Shown: positions 1 to 7,070 of the stretch, in pieces
Layout of the letters: each line of letters opens with the position of its first letter
Position numbering within the stretch: the stretch's first letter is position 1
Assembly (NCBI GenBank): GCA_018780035.1
Contig: JADMKE010000003.1
Span: forward strand, 1-18,752
Direction of reading: 5' to 3'
DNA: 18,752 nt
Source: Candidatus Sericytochromatia bacterium
Lineage (GTDB): Bacteria; Cyanobacteriota; Sericytochromatia; UBA7694
Made by a program: the position numbers and the translations under genes
The notes under the pieces: model-generated
Seen by the model: the letters and a program-made list of their open reading frames with translations, nothing else
Databases searched by the model: none
What the model was told of the DNA's origin: nothing

Positions 1-13
1 CTTTTCATCCCAA

Positions 14-39
14 ATCCCCTGAAGGGGATGGGAATTCCC
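14..39 (-). terminator. Weak terminator-like hairpins downstream of the FlgG-like gene. One is ATCCCC-TGAA-GGGGAT (14-29) and the other is the palindrome GGGAATTCCC (31-40). There is no good U-tract.
   Basis: Inverted repeats read directly just 3' of the minus-strand stop. On the transcript they are followed by UUGGGAUGAAAAG, which is not U-rich. Confidence 0.15.
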
Positions 40-57
40 AGAGCGTTCTTTAAAAGC

Positions 58-1206
58 TCAATTGGATAAAGTGATCAATTTGCGCTCGCTGTCCACTGCC
101 AGATTAAAGCCCAATTCAGGCACGCAGCTTTCCAAATAACCAAGTTTGATCTGACCCAAACTGGCTTGCCCCGGTGGATAAGCCTTAACTGCGATTGATT
201 CTTCGCGATTGGGCAAAAGATAGGTGACTCCCCGGCTAAAACCCATGGCCTTGAGCGATTCAGGTTTCTCGGGTTTGGCCAATTGGAGTTGGCCCAATTT
301 TTGTGGCATCTGTGGATCGCTGCCTGACCAGACCGTACCGTCTGGATCCACTTTGAGCACCTTATGCCCTTTGGGCAAATAGAGTTGGGGCTCCAAGGGA
401 TAACCCTGTTCAGAGACCAACTGCCCATCTGGCGACTGCAGAATTTTGGCCTTGCGCGAAAACAGACGCTCACCGGTCAGCCGGTGGACAAAGACAAACA
501 GGCCCTGTCCATCGATGGCCCAATCCATGGGGTGTTCGGTTTTGCTCTGCTTTTCTGGGTGGGGAAATTGACACCCTGGCTGGGGGAGGGCGCTGACAGG
601 GGCCGAGAGATCTTCTAAAACGTTCTGGACGACAAAGCCAAAAAAGTTTTGGCCCGCTTGTCCTTGTTCAATTCGGCCAGAGTCGGGGGTGGTTTCATAA
701 TAACCAGGGAAATCCGGGTGGGCTTTGAGGGCCTCTGGATGAGGAACACGGCTCAGAGGAAATGCACCCAATTGTACGTCTTGCCCTTCAGCATTGAGCA
801 TTTTGGCATAGATACTGCCACTTTCGCTGACAAACCAAAATGCGCTCTCTTTGGGAAAGGTGATGGAGGGGTCAAAGAAAAAGCCCTCTTTTGTGACCAA
901 CTCGCCTTTGTCATTGATTTGAAAGGCCCCATTGCGGGTCAAATAGTGTTTGCCGTTGGACCGATCCAGAACCTGAAAGTAACCTTTGCCGTCGATGGCC
1001 CAGTCCAGCGCACGTTCACTGGCTTTCAGGGGGTGTTGTTTATAATCGGGGTCTGCAATTGCGCTTATGTCGGCAGGTACTTTCGCGGGCAAACCGGTAT
1101 TGACCAAAACGGTGCAGGCCATTTGCAGCGCGGCCAAAGAGCTGAACAGTATCATTTGCAAGGTCTGGCGTGTGCGGTGTGGACTGCGGGAAGAGGTTGA
1201 AGACAT
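58..1206 (-). CDS. Secreted protein made of two tandem FlgF/FlgG (flagellar rod/hook D1-core)-like modules. It has a Sec-type signal peptide and lacks the N-terminal flagellar rod helix. An alternative start at 1326 or 1155 is possible.
   Basis: The long minus-strand ORF is 58..1326. Two segments (aa ~108-205 and ~268-422 of the 422-aa ORF) match the FlgG core. Each begins DWAIDG(K/Q)G(Y/L)F and continues through ...TRNGAFQINDKGELVT..., ending in GY(Y/L)E-like C-terminal motifs (GYYETT, LGYLESCV). The N-terminal ANNxANxxTxGFK rod motif is absent. Starting from the internal Met at 1204-1206 gives n-region MSSTSSRSPHRTRQTLQ, h-region MILFSSLAALQMACTVLV, then NTGLPA|K. The TGA stop is at 58-60. 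There is no strong SD for any start. Confidence 0.6.
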   Translation of the reverse strand: MSSTSSRSPHRTRQTLQMILFSSLAALQMACTVLVNTGLPAKVPADISAIADPDYKQHPLKASERALDWAIDGKGYFQVLDRSNGKHYLTRNGAFQINDKGELVTKEGFFFDPSITFPKESAFWFVSESGSIYAKMLNAEGQDVQLGAFPLSRVPHPEALKAHPDFPGYYETTPDSGRIEQGQAGQNFFGFVVQNVLEDLSAPVSALPQPGCQFPHPEKQSKTEHPMDWAIDGQGLFVFVHRLTGERLFSRKAKILQSPDGQLVSEQGYPLEPQLYLPKGHKVLKVDPDGTVWSGSDPQMPQKLGQLQLAKPEKPESLKAMGFSRGVTYLLPNREESIAVKAYPPGQASLGQIKLGYLESCVPELGFNLAVDSERKLITLSN

Positions 1207-1242
1207 CGTGGATATACCCGTTTTTGCTGTAAATTCTCCCAG

Positions 1243-1262
1243 TGCAGGCGTATTGCAGGCGT
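1243..1262. promoter_or_regulatory. Direct repeat TGCAGGCGT x2 with 11-bp period, in the divergent promoter region between the FlgG-like gene and the MBL gene.
   Basis: tGCAGGCGTat tGCAGGCGTct at 1243-1251 and 1254-1262. This lies 37-58 nt upstream of the preferred minus-strand start at 1206. Confidence 0.25.
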
Positions 1263-1329
1263 CTAGCAGGAGTGTTTTAGTTATTCCCCAATTGCAGCGG
1301 TTATAACCACCCTCAGGTAAATTCACTTC

Positions 1330-1356
1330 GATTTGATTTTTGCCGCTGATTTGATT
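1330..1356. promoter_or_regulatory. Direct repeat GATTTGATT x2 with 18-bp spacing, about 40-65 bp upstream of the MBL start. A GGTTATAACC palindrome lies nearby at 1299-1308.
   Basis: GATTTGATT at 1330-1338 and 1348-1356. A TATCTA -10-like hexamer sits at 1361-1366 and the SD AAAGGAG at 1382-1388. Confidence 0.25.
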
Positions 1357-1394
1357 AGGCTATCTAAACGTGCTGTTTTTCAAAGGAGTTGTAT

Positions 1395-2243
1395 ATGTTA
1401 ACGTCTGGGTTAAAATCTGGGGTCATTTTTGCCCTTTTCACGCTGTCGGGACTGCTATCGCTATCTGGCACGTTCCAAGCCAATGCGGCCAATACAGCCC
1501 ATGCTGCCACCGAGATCTTGCGCCTGGACACAGGCATTGCCAATGTCTATTTGCTCAAGGGGCCCAAGTCATTTTTGATCGACAGCAGCTCAGTCGGCCA
1601 CGAGGCCGAGATTGAAGCTTGGCTCAAGGCCCACCAGACACCCGTTGAGAGCCTGGAAGCGATTATCTTGACCCACGGCCATGGCGATCACGCGGGTGGG
1701 GCGCTTAAATTGGGCAAATCGCGCGGCGTGCCGGTCTGGGTCGGAGCGGGAGACGCAGACATGTTGAATCGGGGCCGCAGCCGCGATTTAATTCCCACCA
1801 GTTTTTGGGCCGGGGTCTTGCGCCTCTTTGTGGATATGCCGTATACGCCCTTTCAAGCCGACCGCCTGATCACTGAACCGGTGGATCTCAGCCCCTTTGG
1901 CATTCAGGGCCGGGTCTTGCCGCTGCCGGGCCATACCTCTGGCTCGCTGGGGGTGGTGCTGGACGAAAAAAAACAGGCAGTGGTGGGTGATTTGTTCCGG
2001 GGAGGCGTCTTTCAAAACAGCACGCCCCGTGTGCATTTTTTCCACGAAGAGCGGCCCCAAACCATGTGGCAAATCTGGCATTTGCTTGAACACGAAGGCC
2101 TGCGCGAATTTTTTCCGGGGCATTTTGGCCCGCTCCAGGCGGCGGATCTCAAACGGGTCTTTTTTCCAAATGGGCATTTTAACTGGGCCATTCCTGCCGG
2201 GGGGCAGGATCCAGAAAGCTGCCCTTTTGAGACCGCCCTGTGA
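1395..2243 (+). CDS. Secreted metallo-beta-lactamase-fold hydrolase (MBL superfamily) with an N-terminal signal peptide.
   Basis: The HxHxDH zinc motif reads LTHGHGDHAGG. The N-terminus MLTSGLKSGVIFALFTLSGLLSLSGTFQANAA is a signal peptide. SD AAAGGAG sits 6 nt upstream of ATG 1395; the ORF track begins at TTG 1389, two codons earlier. A later GHTSGS His is typical of the MBL fold. TGA at 2241-2243. Confidence 0.85.
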   Translation: MLTSGLKSGVIFALFTLSGLLSLSGTFQANAANTAHAATEILRLDTGIANVYLLKGPKSFLIDSSSVGHEAEIEAWLKAHQTPVESLEAIILTHGHGDHAGGALKLGKSRGVPVWVGAGDADMLNRGRSRDLIPTSFWAGVLRLFVDMPYTPFQADRLITEPVDLSPFGIQGRVLPLPGHTSGSLGVVLDEKKQAVVGDLFRGGVFQNSTPRVHFFHEERPQTMWQIWHLLEHEGLREFFPGHFGPLQAADLKRVFFPNGHFNWAIPAGGQDPESCPFETAL

Positions 2244-2259
2244 TAGCGCTGCCTTGGGT

Positions 2260-2286
2260 GGCCTCCACAGCTGGGAAGCCATTTTT
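2260..2286 (+). terminator. Candidate intrinsic terminator after the MBL gene.
   Basis: GGCCTCC (2260-2266), loop ACAGCT, GGGAAGCC (2273-2280). The stem is GC-rich with one mismatch and is followed directly by ATTTTT (2281-2286). It starts 17 nt after the stop. Confidence 0.4.
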
Positions 2287-2392
2287 CGAGAATTGGCGCA
2301 GGAATTTCGGGCCTGCCCTGATGCCTAAGAACATTCGCTAGATTGACACTCCCGTCAAGGGGAGCGCTCTTGTAAAGTTCTGTGAACAGCGC

Positions 2393-2516
2393 TTGACCTG
2401 CTGTGCCCGAATCAGGGAAAATAGGTTAAGAATAAATTAAATTTTTGCGATGATTTTGTTTGAATTTGTTTTAAATTATTTGCAAAAATAATCAGTGAAT
2501 AATCAGATGGTATAAG
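2393..2516 (+). promoter_or_regulatory. AT-rich promoter region of the ether-lipid operon. It contains a candidate sigma70 -35/-10 pair, an extended -10-like element and an AATAATCAG direct repeat.
   Basis: TTGACC (2393-2398), a 17-18 nt spacer, then GAAAAT. TGgTATAAG lies at 2508-2516, only about 10 nt before the start codon. AATAATCAG occurs at 2487-2495 and 2498-2506 with 11-bp period. The A/T-rich stretch runs 2425-2520. Confidence 0.3.
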
Positions 2517-2526
2517 GTTGTTGGTG

Positions 2527-4395
2527 ATGGATAATCAGAAGAATGACTCAGCAAATAGTCGCTATGGCAGTGCTTTAGAGCGCTTGATGCCCGGTAGCGC
2601 ACCGACCCGGATTTTTCCGCCGGCGCCGGTGATTGGCAAAGATGAAATTGAGAGCCTTGGGGAATGGGGCTTCGAAGATTCCGGGTTTACGATCAATGAG
2701 CGCGGCCATGCCACTTTTACGGGGGGACGTTACACCCTCAGTGGTTTGGAACTGCCCTCGCTGGTGCCCTGGATTGGCGAAATGATGAAGGTGGAGATCA
2801 GCCGCGATGACATCCACCGCTCGGCAGGCACGCGCGAATTTCCAGCGGCCCGCCAAAATGCGGGCTTTGCTGAGGCCATTGCCCAGTTCTTAAAGCCCGA
2901 ACAAATCACCGCAGAGGGCGCGATTCGCCTGCGCCATGGCCACGGTCACACCCAAGAAGAAATGTACCAGGTCAATTATGGCATGTTGCCCCGCATCCCA
3001 GATTTGGTGGTGTTTCCGAACGAAGAGGAGCAGATCACAGCCTTGGTGGCTGCTGCCCTCAAACACAATGTGGTCCTCATTCCCTATGGCGGTGGCACCA
3101 GTGTCACCGAAGCCCTGGTCTGCCCCAGCAACGAAGAGCGGGTGATTGTCTCGGTTGACATGCAGGGCATGAACCGGATTCTCTGGATCGACCCCGTCAA
3201 CCGCATGGCCTGCATTCAAGCGGGCGCGGTGGGCCGCCATTTGGCCAAACAATTGGAGAGCTATGGCTTTACCATGGGCCACGAACCCGACAGCATCGAA
3301 TTTTCGACCCTCGGCGGCTGGATTGCCACCAACGCCAGCGGCATGAAGAAGAACAAATACGGCAATATTGAAGACATCGTGCTCGACGTGCATGTGGTCA
3401 CCACCTCCGGTGAACTGCGCCGCTCAGGCGTGGCCCCGCGGGAATCTGTTGGCACCGACCCCCGCCAGTGGATCTTTGGCTCTGAGGGCAATTTGGGGAT
3501 TATTACCTCAGCGGTGGTCAAACTCTTTGAATTGCCCGAAGCCCGCCGCTATGGCTCGATCCTCTTTCCCAGTTTCGAAGAGGGCACGGCTTTTATGTAC
3601 GAATTGGCCAAAGCGGGAAAGCCGCCTGCCAGCGTGCGTTTGGTCGACAATGTCCAGTTTCAATTTTCGATGGCACTCAAACCCGCCAGCACAGGTATGC
3701 GTGTGCTCAAGAAAAAGCTTGAAAAGATGATTGTGACCCAGCTCAAAGGCTTTGACCCGCTCAAAATGGTGGCCTGCACCCTGGTCTTCGAAGGCCGGGC
3801 CGATGAAGTGGCTGAGCAAGAGCGGCGCGTTTACAAAATAGCCAACCAACATGGCGGCATGAAAGCCGGGGCCGAAAATGGCCACAAAGGCTACGAATTG
3901 ACCTTTGGCATCGCCTATTTGCGCGATTGGATTATGAAACACTATCTTCTCGGGGAGTCCTTTGAAACCTCTGTGCCTTGGAGCCAATTGCTGGATCTCT
4001 GTGAAAAGGTCAAGGCCCGGATCAACAAAGAGCACCAGGCCTTAAAACTGCCGGGCAAACCCTTTGTCACGGCCCGCGTGACCCAGATCTACGATACCGG
4101 CGCCTGTGTCTATTTTTACCTGGGCGTCTCTTACAAAGGGGTTGAAAACCCCACCCAGACCTTCAAAGTGATCGAAGACGCGGCCCGCGAAGAGATTCTC
4201 AGCTGTGGCGGCTCGCTTTCTCACCACCATGGCATTGGCAAATTGCGTCAGCATTTTTTGCCCGAGATCATGAGTGAGACCCTGCTCAAATGGAATGCCC
4301 TGGTCAAAGAGGCGGTCGATCCCCAAAACGTCTTTGGGGTCGGCAATCTCTATCCCGTGGCAGAATTGGCACCCAAAGCCGGGGGCACTGTATGA
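2527..4395 (+). CDS. Alkyl-dihydroxyacetonephosphate synthase (alkylglycerone-phosphate synthase, AGPS), an FAD-linked oxidase. The start could instead be GTG 2524 or TTG 2518.
   Basis: The N-terminus has the AGPS-specific region LGEWGFEDSGFTINERGHATFTGGRYTLSGLELPSL, comparable to mammalian RWNGWGYxDSxF...GxRYxLSG. The FAD-binding PCMH fold reads VVFPNEEEQITALVAAALKHNVVLIPYGGGTSV. The C-terminal signature is HHHGIG. AAGG SD lies about 9 nt upstream. TGA at 4393-4395. Confidence 0.9.
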   Translation: MDNQKNDSANSRYGSALERLMPGSAPTRIFPPAPVIGKDEIESLGEWGFEDSGFTINERGHATFTGGRYTLSGLELPSLVPWIGEMMKVEISRDDIHRSAGTREFPAARQNAGFAEAIAQFLKPEQITAEGAIRLRHGHGHTQEEMYQVNYGMLPRIPDLVVFPNEEEQITALVAAALKHNVVLIPYGGGTSVTEALVCPSNEERVIVSVDMQGMNRILWIDPVNRMACIQAGAVGRHLAKQLESYGFTMGHEPDSIEFSTLGGWIATNASGMKKNKYGNIEDIVLDVHVVTTSGELRRSGVAPRESVGTDPRQWIFGSEGNLGIITSAVVKLFELPEARRYGSILFPSFEEGTAFMYELAKAGKPPASVRLVDNVQFQFSMALKPASTGMRVLKKKLEKMIVTQLKGFDPLKMVACTLVFEGRADEVAEQERRVYKIANQHGGMKAGAENGHKGYELTFGIAYLRDWIMKHYLLGESFETSVPWSQLLDLCEKVKARINKEHQALKLPGKPFVTARVTQIYDTGACVYFYLGVSYKGVENPTQTFKVIEDAAREEILSCGGSLSHHHGIGKLRQHFLPEIMSETLLKWNALVKEAVDPQNVFGVGNLYPVAELAPKAGGTV

Positions 4396-7070
4396 GCGCA
4401 GACCAACCCGGATACCGGGTCTTGCTGACGGGGGTGACAGGCTTTGTTGGCAAGGTGGTGCTCGAAGAGCTCTCGCGCCGGGCTGAAAGTCTCAAGCTTG
4501 AACAGATCTACGTCTTGATTCGGGCCAAAAAAAACCAGGCCGCAGAGGTGCGTTTTCGCGAAGAGGTGGTCGCCTCTGAATGTTTCAGTGCCCTGCCTGC
4601 GGGCTGGGAGAGCCGGGTCAAGGTGCTTTCGGGTGATTTGACCGAATGGAAGCTCGATCCCGCCACGCAACAGGAATTGCAAACTGAGTTGACCCATGTG
4701 ATTCACTGCGCCGCTTCGGTGGCCTTTGACCTGCCTGTCAAAGAGGCCGCCGAGGCCAATATTGTCAGTGCCTTAAACCTGTTAGAGGTGGTGCGCGGCT
4801 GTCGCAAATTGCAGCGCTTTGTTGATGTTTCCACCGCTTATGTCTCGCCCCACTCAGGCAATGATCTCACCCCGATTCCCGAAGCGCTGGTGCCCTTGCC
4901 TGAACCGGCCGAACTGCTGTTTAAAGGCATTATGGACGGCTCGCTCGAAGAAAAGGCCCTCTTGCAAAAATTGGGCTACCCCAATACCTATACCCTCACC
5001 AAATGCCTGAGTGAGCACCTGTTAACCGAGCGCAAAGGGGAGATTCCCCTGGCGATTGTTAGGCCCAGTATTATTTCTGCCAGTTGGCAATACCCCCGGC
5101 CCGGCTGGATCGACAGCTATGCCGCTTTTGCGGGTTTTGTCGGCCTGATTGGCGCGGGCATGCTCAAATGTGTCGTGGCCCAAGAAGAAACGGTTTTGGA
5201 CATTGTGCCCTGTGATGTGGTCTCCCACCGCATTATTGAGACCGCTTTTCAGCCCACCGGCACTCCCGCACTCGTGCAACACGTGGTCTCGGGCGTGGAC
5301 CAGGGCTGCCGGATCGACACCTGCCTGGCGGGCATCGAAAACTATTTCCGCCGCCACCCTGTGCAGGGCTGGCCGGGGCTCAAAGCGATCAGCAACGGTG
5401 GCTCAATCGCCATTCAAGATTGGCTGCAGCATAAATTGCCGACGATGGTTGCCAGCGCCTGGTTTGGCCTGCAGGGCAAGACCCGGCAAAAGCGCCAAAT
5501 TCAAAAAGTGGTCGAAAAAATTCAGTATCTCAACGATGCTTTTCCCTATTTTACCCACAATACCTTTCGCTTTGAATCGGCCACACCCATGGCTTTGACC
5601 GGTTTTGATGCCCGTCTCTATATTGAGCGGGTCTGCAAAGGCGTGCACACCCATCTGATGCGCGCCAAACCTTCAGAAACCCTGCTGGGTGGGGCGGATC
5701 ATCGCTACCCCAAAGGCGATTTGGCCTGGGCCCAGCAACAGCCCCGTGGCAATTGGGCGATTCGCACCGCTGCCTATGTCGTGCGCAAAGGCCTGCGCCG
5801 CAGCAACGATCGGATTACCTTTGACCGCGAGAGCTTTGAAAAGGCACTCAGCCAGGTTCCTGCTGAGAGCCTTTTGATTCTGGTGCCCAGCCACCGCAGT
5901 TATATGGACTTTGTGCTCTGCTCTTATTTGGTCTTTGCCCATCCCGAGTTAAATATTGCCATTCCCCGCATTGCCGCTGCCAGCGACTTTGGCAAATTGC
6001 CGCTGCTGGGCTGGTTTTTGCAAAAGACCCACGCCTTTTATATCCGCAGGGGCACAGGCAAAGCTGATCCCGAATTGACAGAGCGGATTCAAACCCTGGT
6101 CTCTCAGAACGAGACCTTGGAATTCTTTATCGAAGGCACCCGCAGCCGCTCGCGCCAGTTTTTGGCGCCCAAACGTGGCATTCTGCGGGCCTTGCAGCAA
6201 ACGGGTGTGAGCTGTACGCTTTTGCCGATTGCGATTAGCTACGATCTCGTGCCCGAAGCGCGGCCTTTTTTACAGGAATTGCAAGGCGGTGCCAAAGAGC
6301 GCATGAAAATGCGCACCTTTCTCAGGTGGACAGGCCGTTTGGCCGCAGGAAAAATTCGCTTGGGCCAGGTGCATTTGAGCTGTGGCACGCCCCTGAATTT
6401 GGATGGCGAGACAGATATTCACGCCCTCAGCCACTCGATTGTGGGTGAGTTGCAAGACAAAACCGCTGTTTCGACTTTGCACCTGCAGGCCTTTTTGCAG
6501 CAACATCCCGTAGAAGGGGTGGATTTGGAATGGCTGCAAAAAGCGATTCAAGCCCGTGGCGGTCAGGTGATCGCAAGCCCCTTGCAAGATGTGCAGCGGG
6601 TGGATTGGATCACCGAGCGCACCATGCGTTACCACTGGAAACACTATTTTTACCCCGATGTTTTGGCTTTGTTGCCGGGGCATCCGGTTTTTACCCGGCA
6701 TACTCAAGACAATGCCTATTTGCCGGTTTGGAAACAAGCGGCGCCAAGCAACCCGCGTGAAGACGCGATCTTAATGCGGCTTTTACATGCCCTGTTTGAA
6801 TCCATGACCCGCGACTATACCCGCATTGTCGATCTCGCCCGCCAGCAAGGCCACTTGCCGATCAAGGCCGAGGCCATTGTCGCCGCATCCCCTGAGATTT
6901 TTCTGCCCGTGGCCGAAGAGGTGCTCAAAGAGCTCTGCGAACGCGCTTTGATGAAGCCCGATCCAGCGGGGCAACGGCTGGTGCCCGGCGAAAACTGGGA
7001 AGATATCCGGGCCTTTGCCCTGGCCTGTGGCTGGCATGAGGCCTTAAACCGGGTCAAAACCGCCTCATGA
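4392..7070 (+). CDS. Bifunctional fatty acyl-CoA reductase (FAR, NAD_binding_4/male-sterility type) fused to a glycerol-3-P/DHAP acyltransferase (HX4D) domain. It is ElbD/MXAN_1675-like.
   Basis: ATG at 4392-4394 overlaps the AGPS TGA (ATGA), and GGGGG lies 6 nt upstream. The N-terminal Rossmann motif is LLTGVTGFVGKVV, with a YxxxK-type region YPNTYTLTK. The C-terminal acyltransferase has motif I HRSYMD (5893-5910) and motif III FIEGTRSRS (6125-6151). Confidence 0.9.
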   Translation: MSADQPGYRVLLTGVTGFVGKVVLEELSRRAESLKLEQIYVLIRAKKNQAAEVRFREEVVASECFSALPAGWESRVKVLSGDLTEWKLDPATQQELQTELTHVIHCAASVAFDLPVKEAAEANIVSALNLLEVVRGCRKLQRFVDVSTAYVSPHSGNDLTPIPEALVPLPEPAELLFKGIMDGSLEEKALLQKLGYPNTYTLTKCLSEHLLTERKGEIPLAIVRPSIISASWQYPRPGWIDSYAAFAGFVGLIGAGMLKCVVAQEETVLDIVPCDVVSHRIIETAFQPTGTPALVQHVVSGVDQGCRIDTCLAGIENYFRRHPVQGWPGLKAISNGGSIAIQDWLQHKLPTMVASAWFGLQGKTRQKRQIQKVVEKIQYLNDAFPYFTHNTFRFESATPMALTGFDARLYIERVCKGVHTHLMRAKPSETLLGGADHRYPKGDLAWAQQQPRGNWAIRTAAYVVRKGLRRSNDRITFDRESFEKALSQVPAESLLILVPSHRSYMDFVLCSYLVFAHPELNIAIPRIAAASDFGKLPLLGWFLQKTHAFYIRRGTGKADPELTERIQTLVSQNETLEFFIEGTRSRSRQFLAPKRGILRALQQTGVSCTLLPIAISYDLVPEARPFLQELQGGAKERMKMRTFLRWTGRLAAGKIRLGQVHLSCGTPLNLDGETDIHALSHSIVGELQDKTAVSTLHLQAFLQQHPVEGVDLEWLQKAIQARGGQVIASPLQDVQRVDWITERTMRYHWKHYFYPDVLALLPGHPVFTRHTQDNAYLPVWKQAAPSNPREDAILMRLLHALFESMTRDYTRIVDLARQQGHLPIKAEAIVAASPEIFLPVAEEVLKELCERALMKPDPAGQRLVPGENWEDIRAFALACGWHEALNRVKTAS

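Noticed and set aside
649-1200. 183-aa + strand ORF, and also 364..618 and 1067..1306, inside the FlgG-like gene region
   Set aside because: They lie opposite to or overlapping a well-supported minus-strand CDS. They have no recognisable domains and an Arg/Gly-rich composition typical of GC-driven shadow ORFs.
2449-2490. 13-codon uORF MILFEFVLNYLQK upstream of AGPS, considered as a possible leader peptide
   Set aside because: It has no Shine-Dalgarno and no attenuator-like alternative hairpins. It is more likely chance in AT-rich DNA.
2890-4035. Minus-strand ORFs of 167 and 175 aa (2890..3393, 3508..4035) antisense to AGPS
   Set aside because: They fall entirely within the strongly supported AGPS CDS and show no family resemblance, so they are treated as shadow ORFs.
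4290-4391. Upstream extension of the FAR-AT ORF (MECPGQRGGRS...) overlapping the AGPS 3' end
   Set aside because: ATG 4392 has an SD (GGGGG) and an ATGA coupling overlap, and the protein homology begins at MSADQPGYRVLLTGVTGFVG. The extension is an out-of-frame read-through of the AGPS C-terminal coding region.
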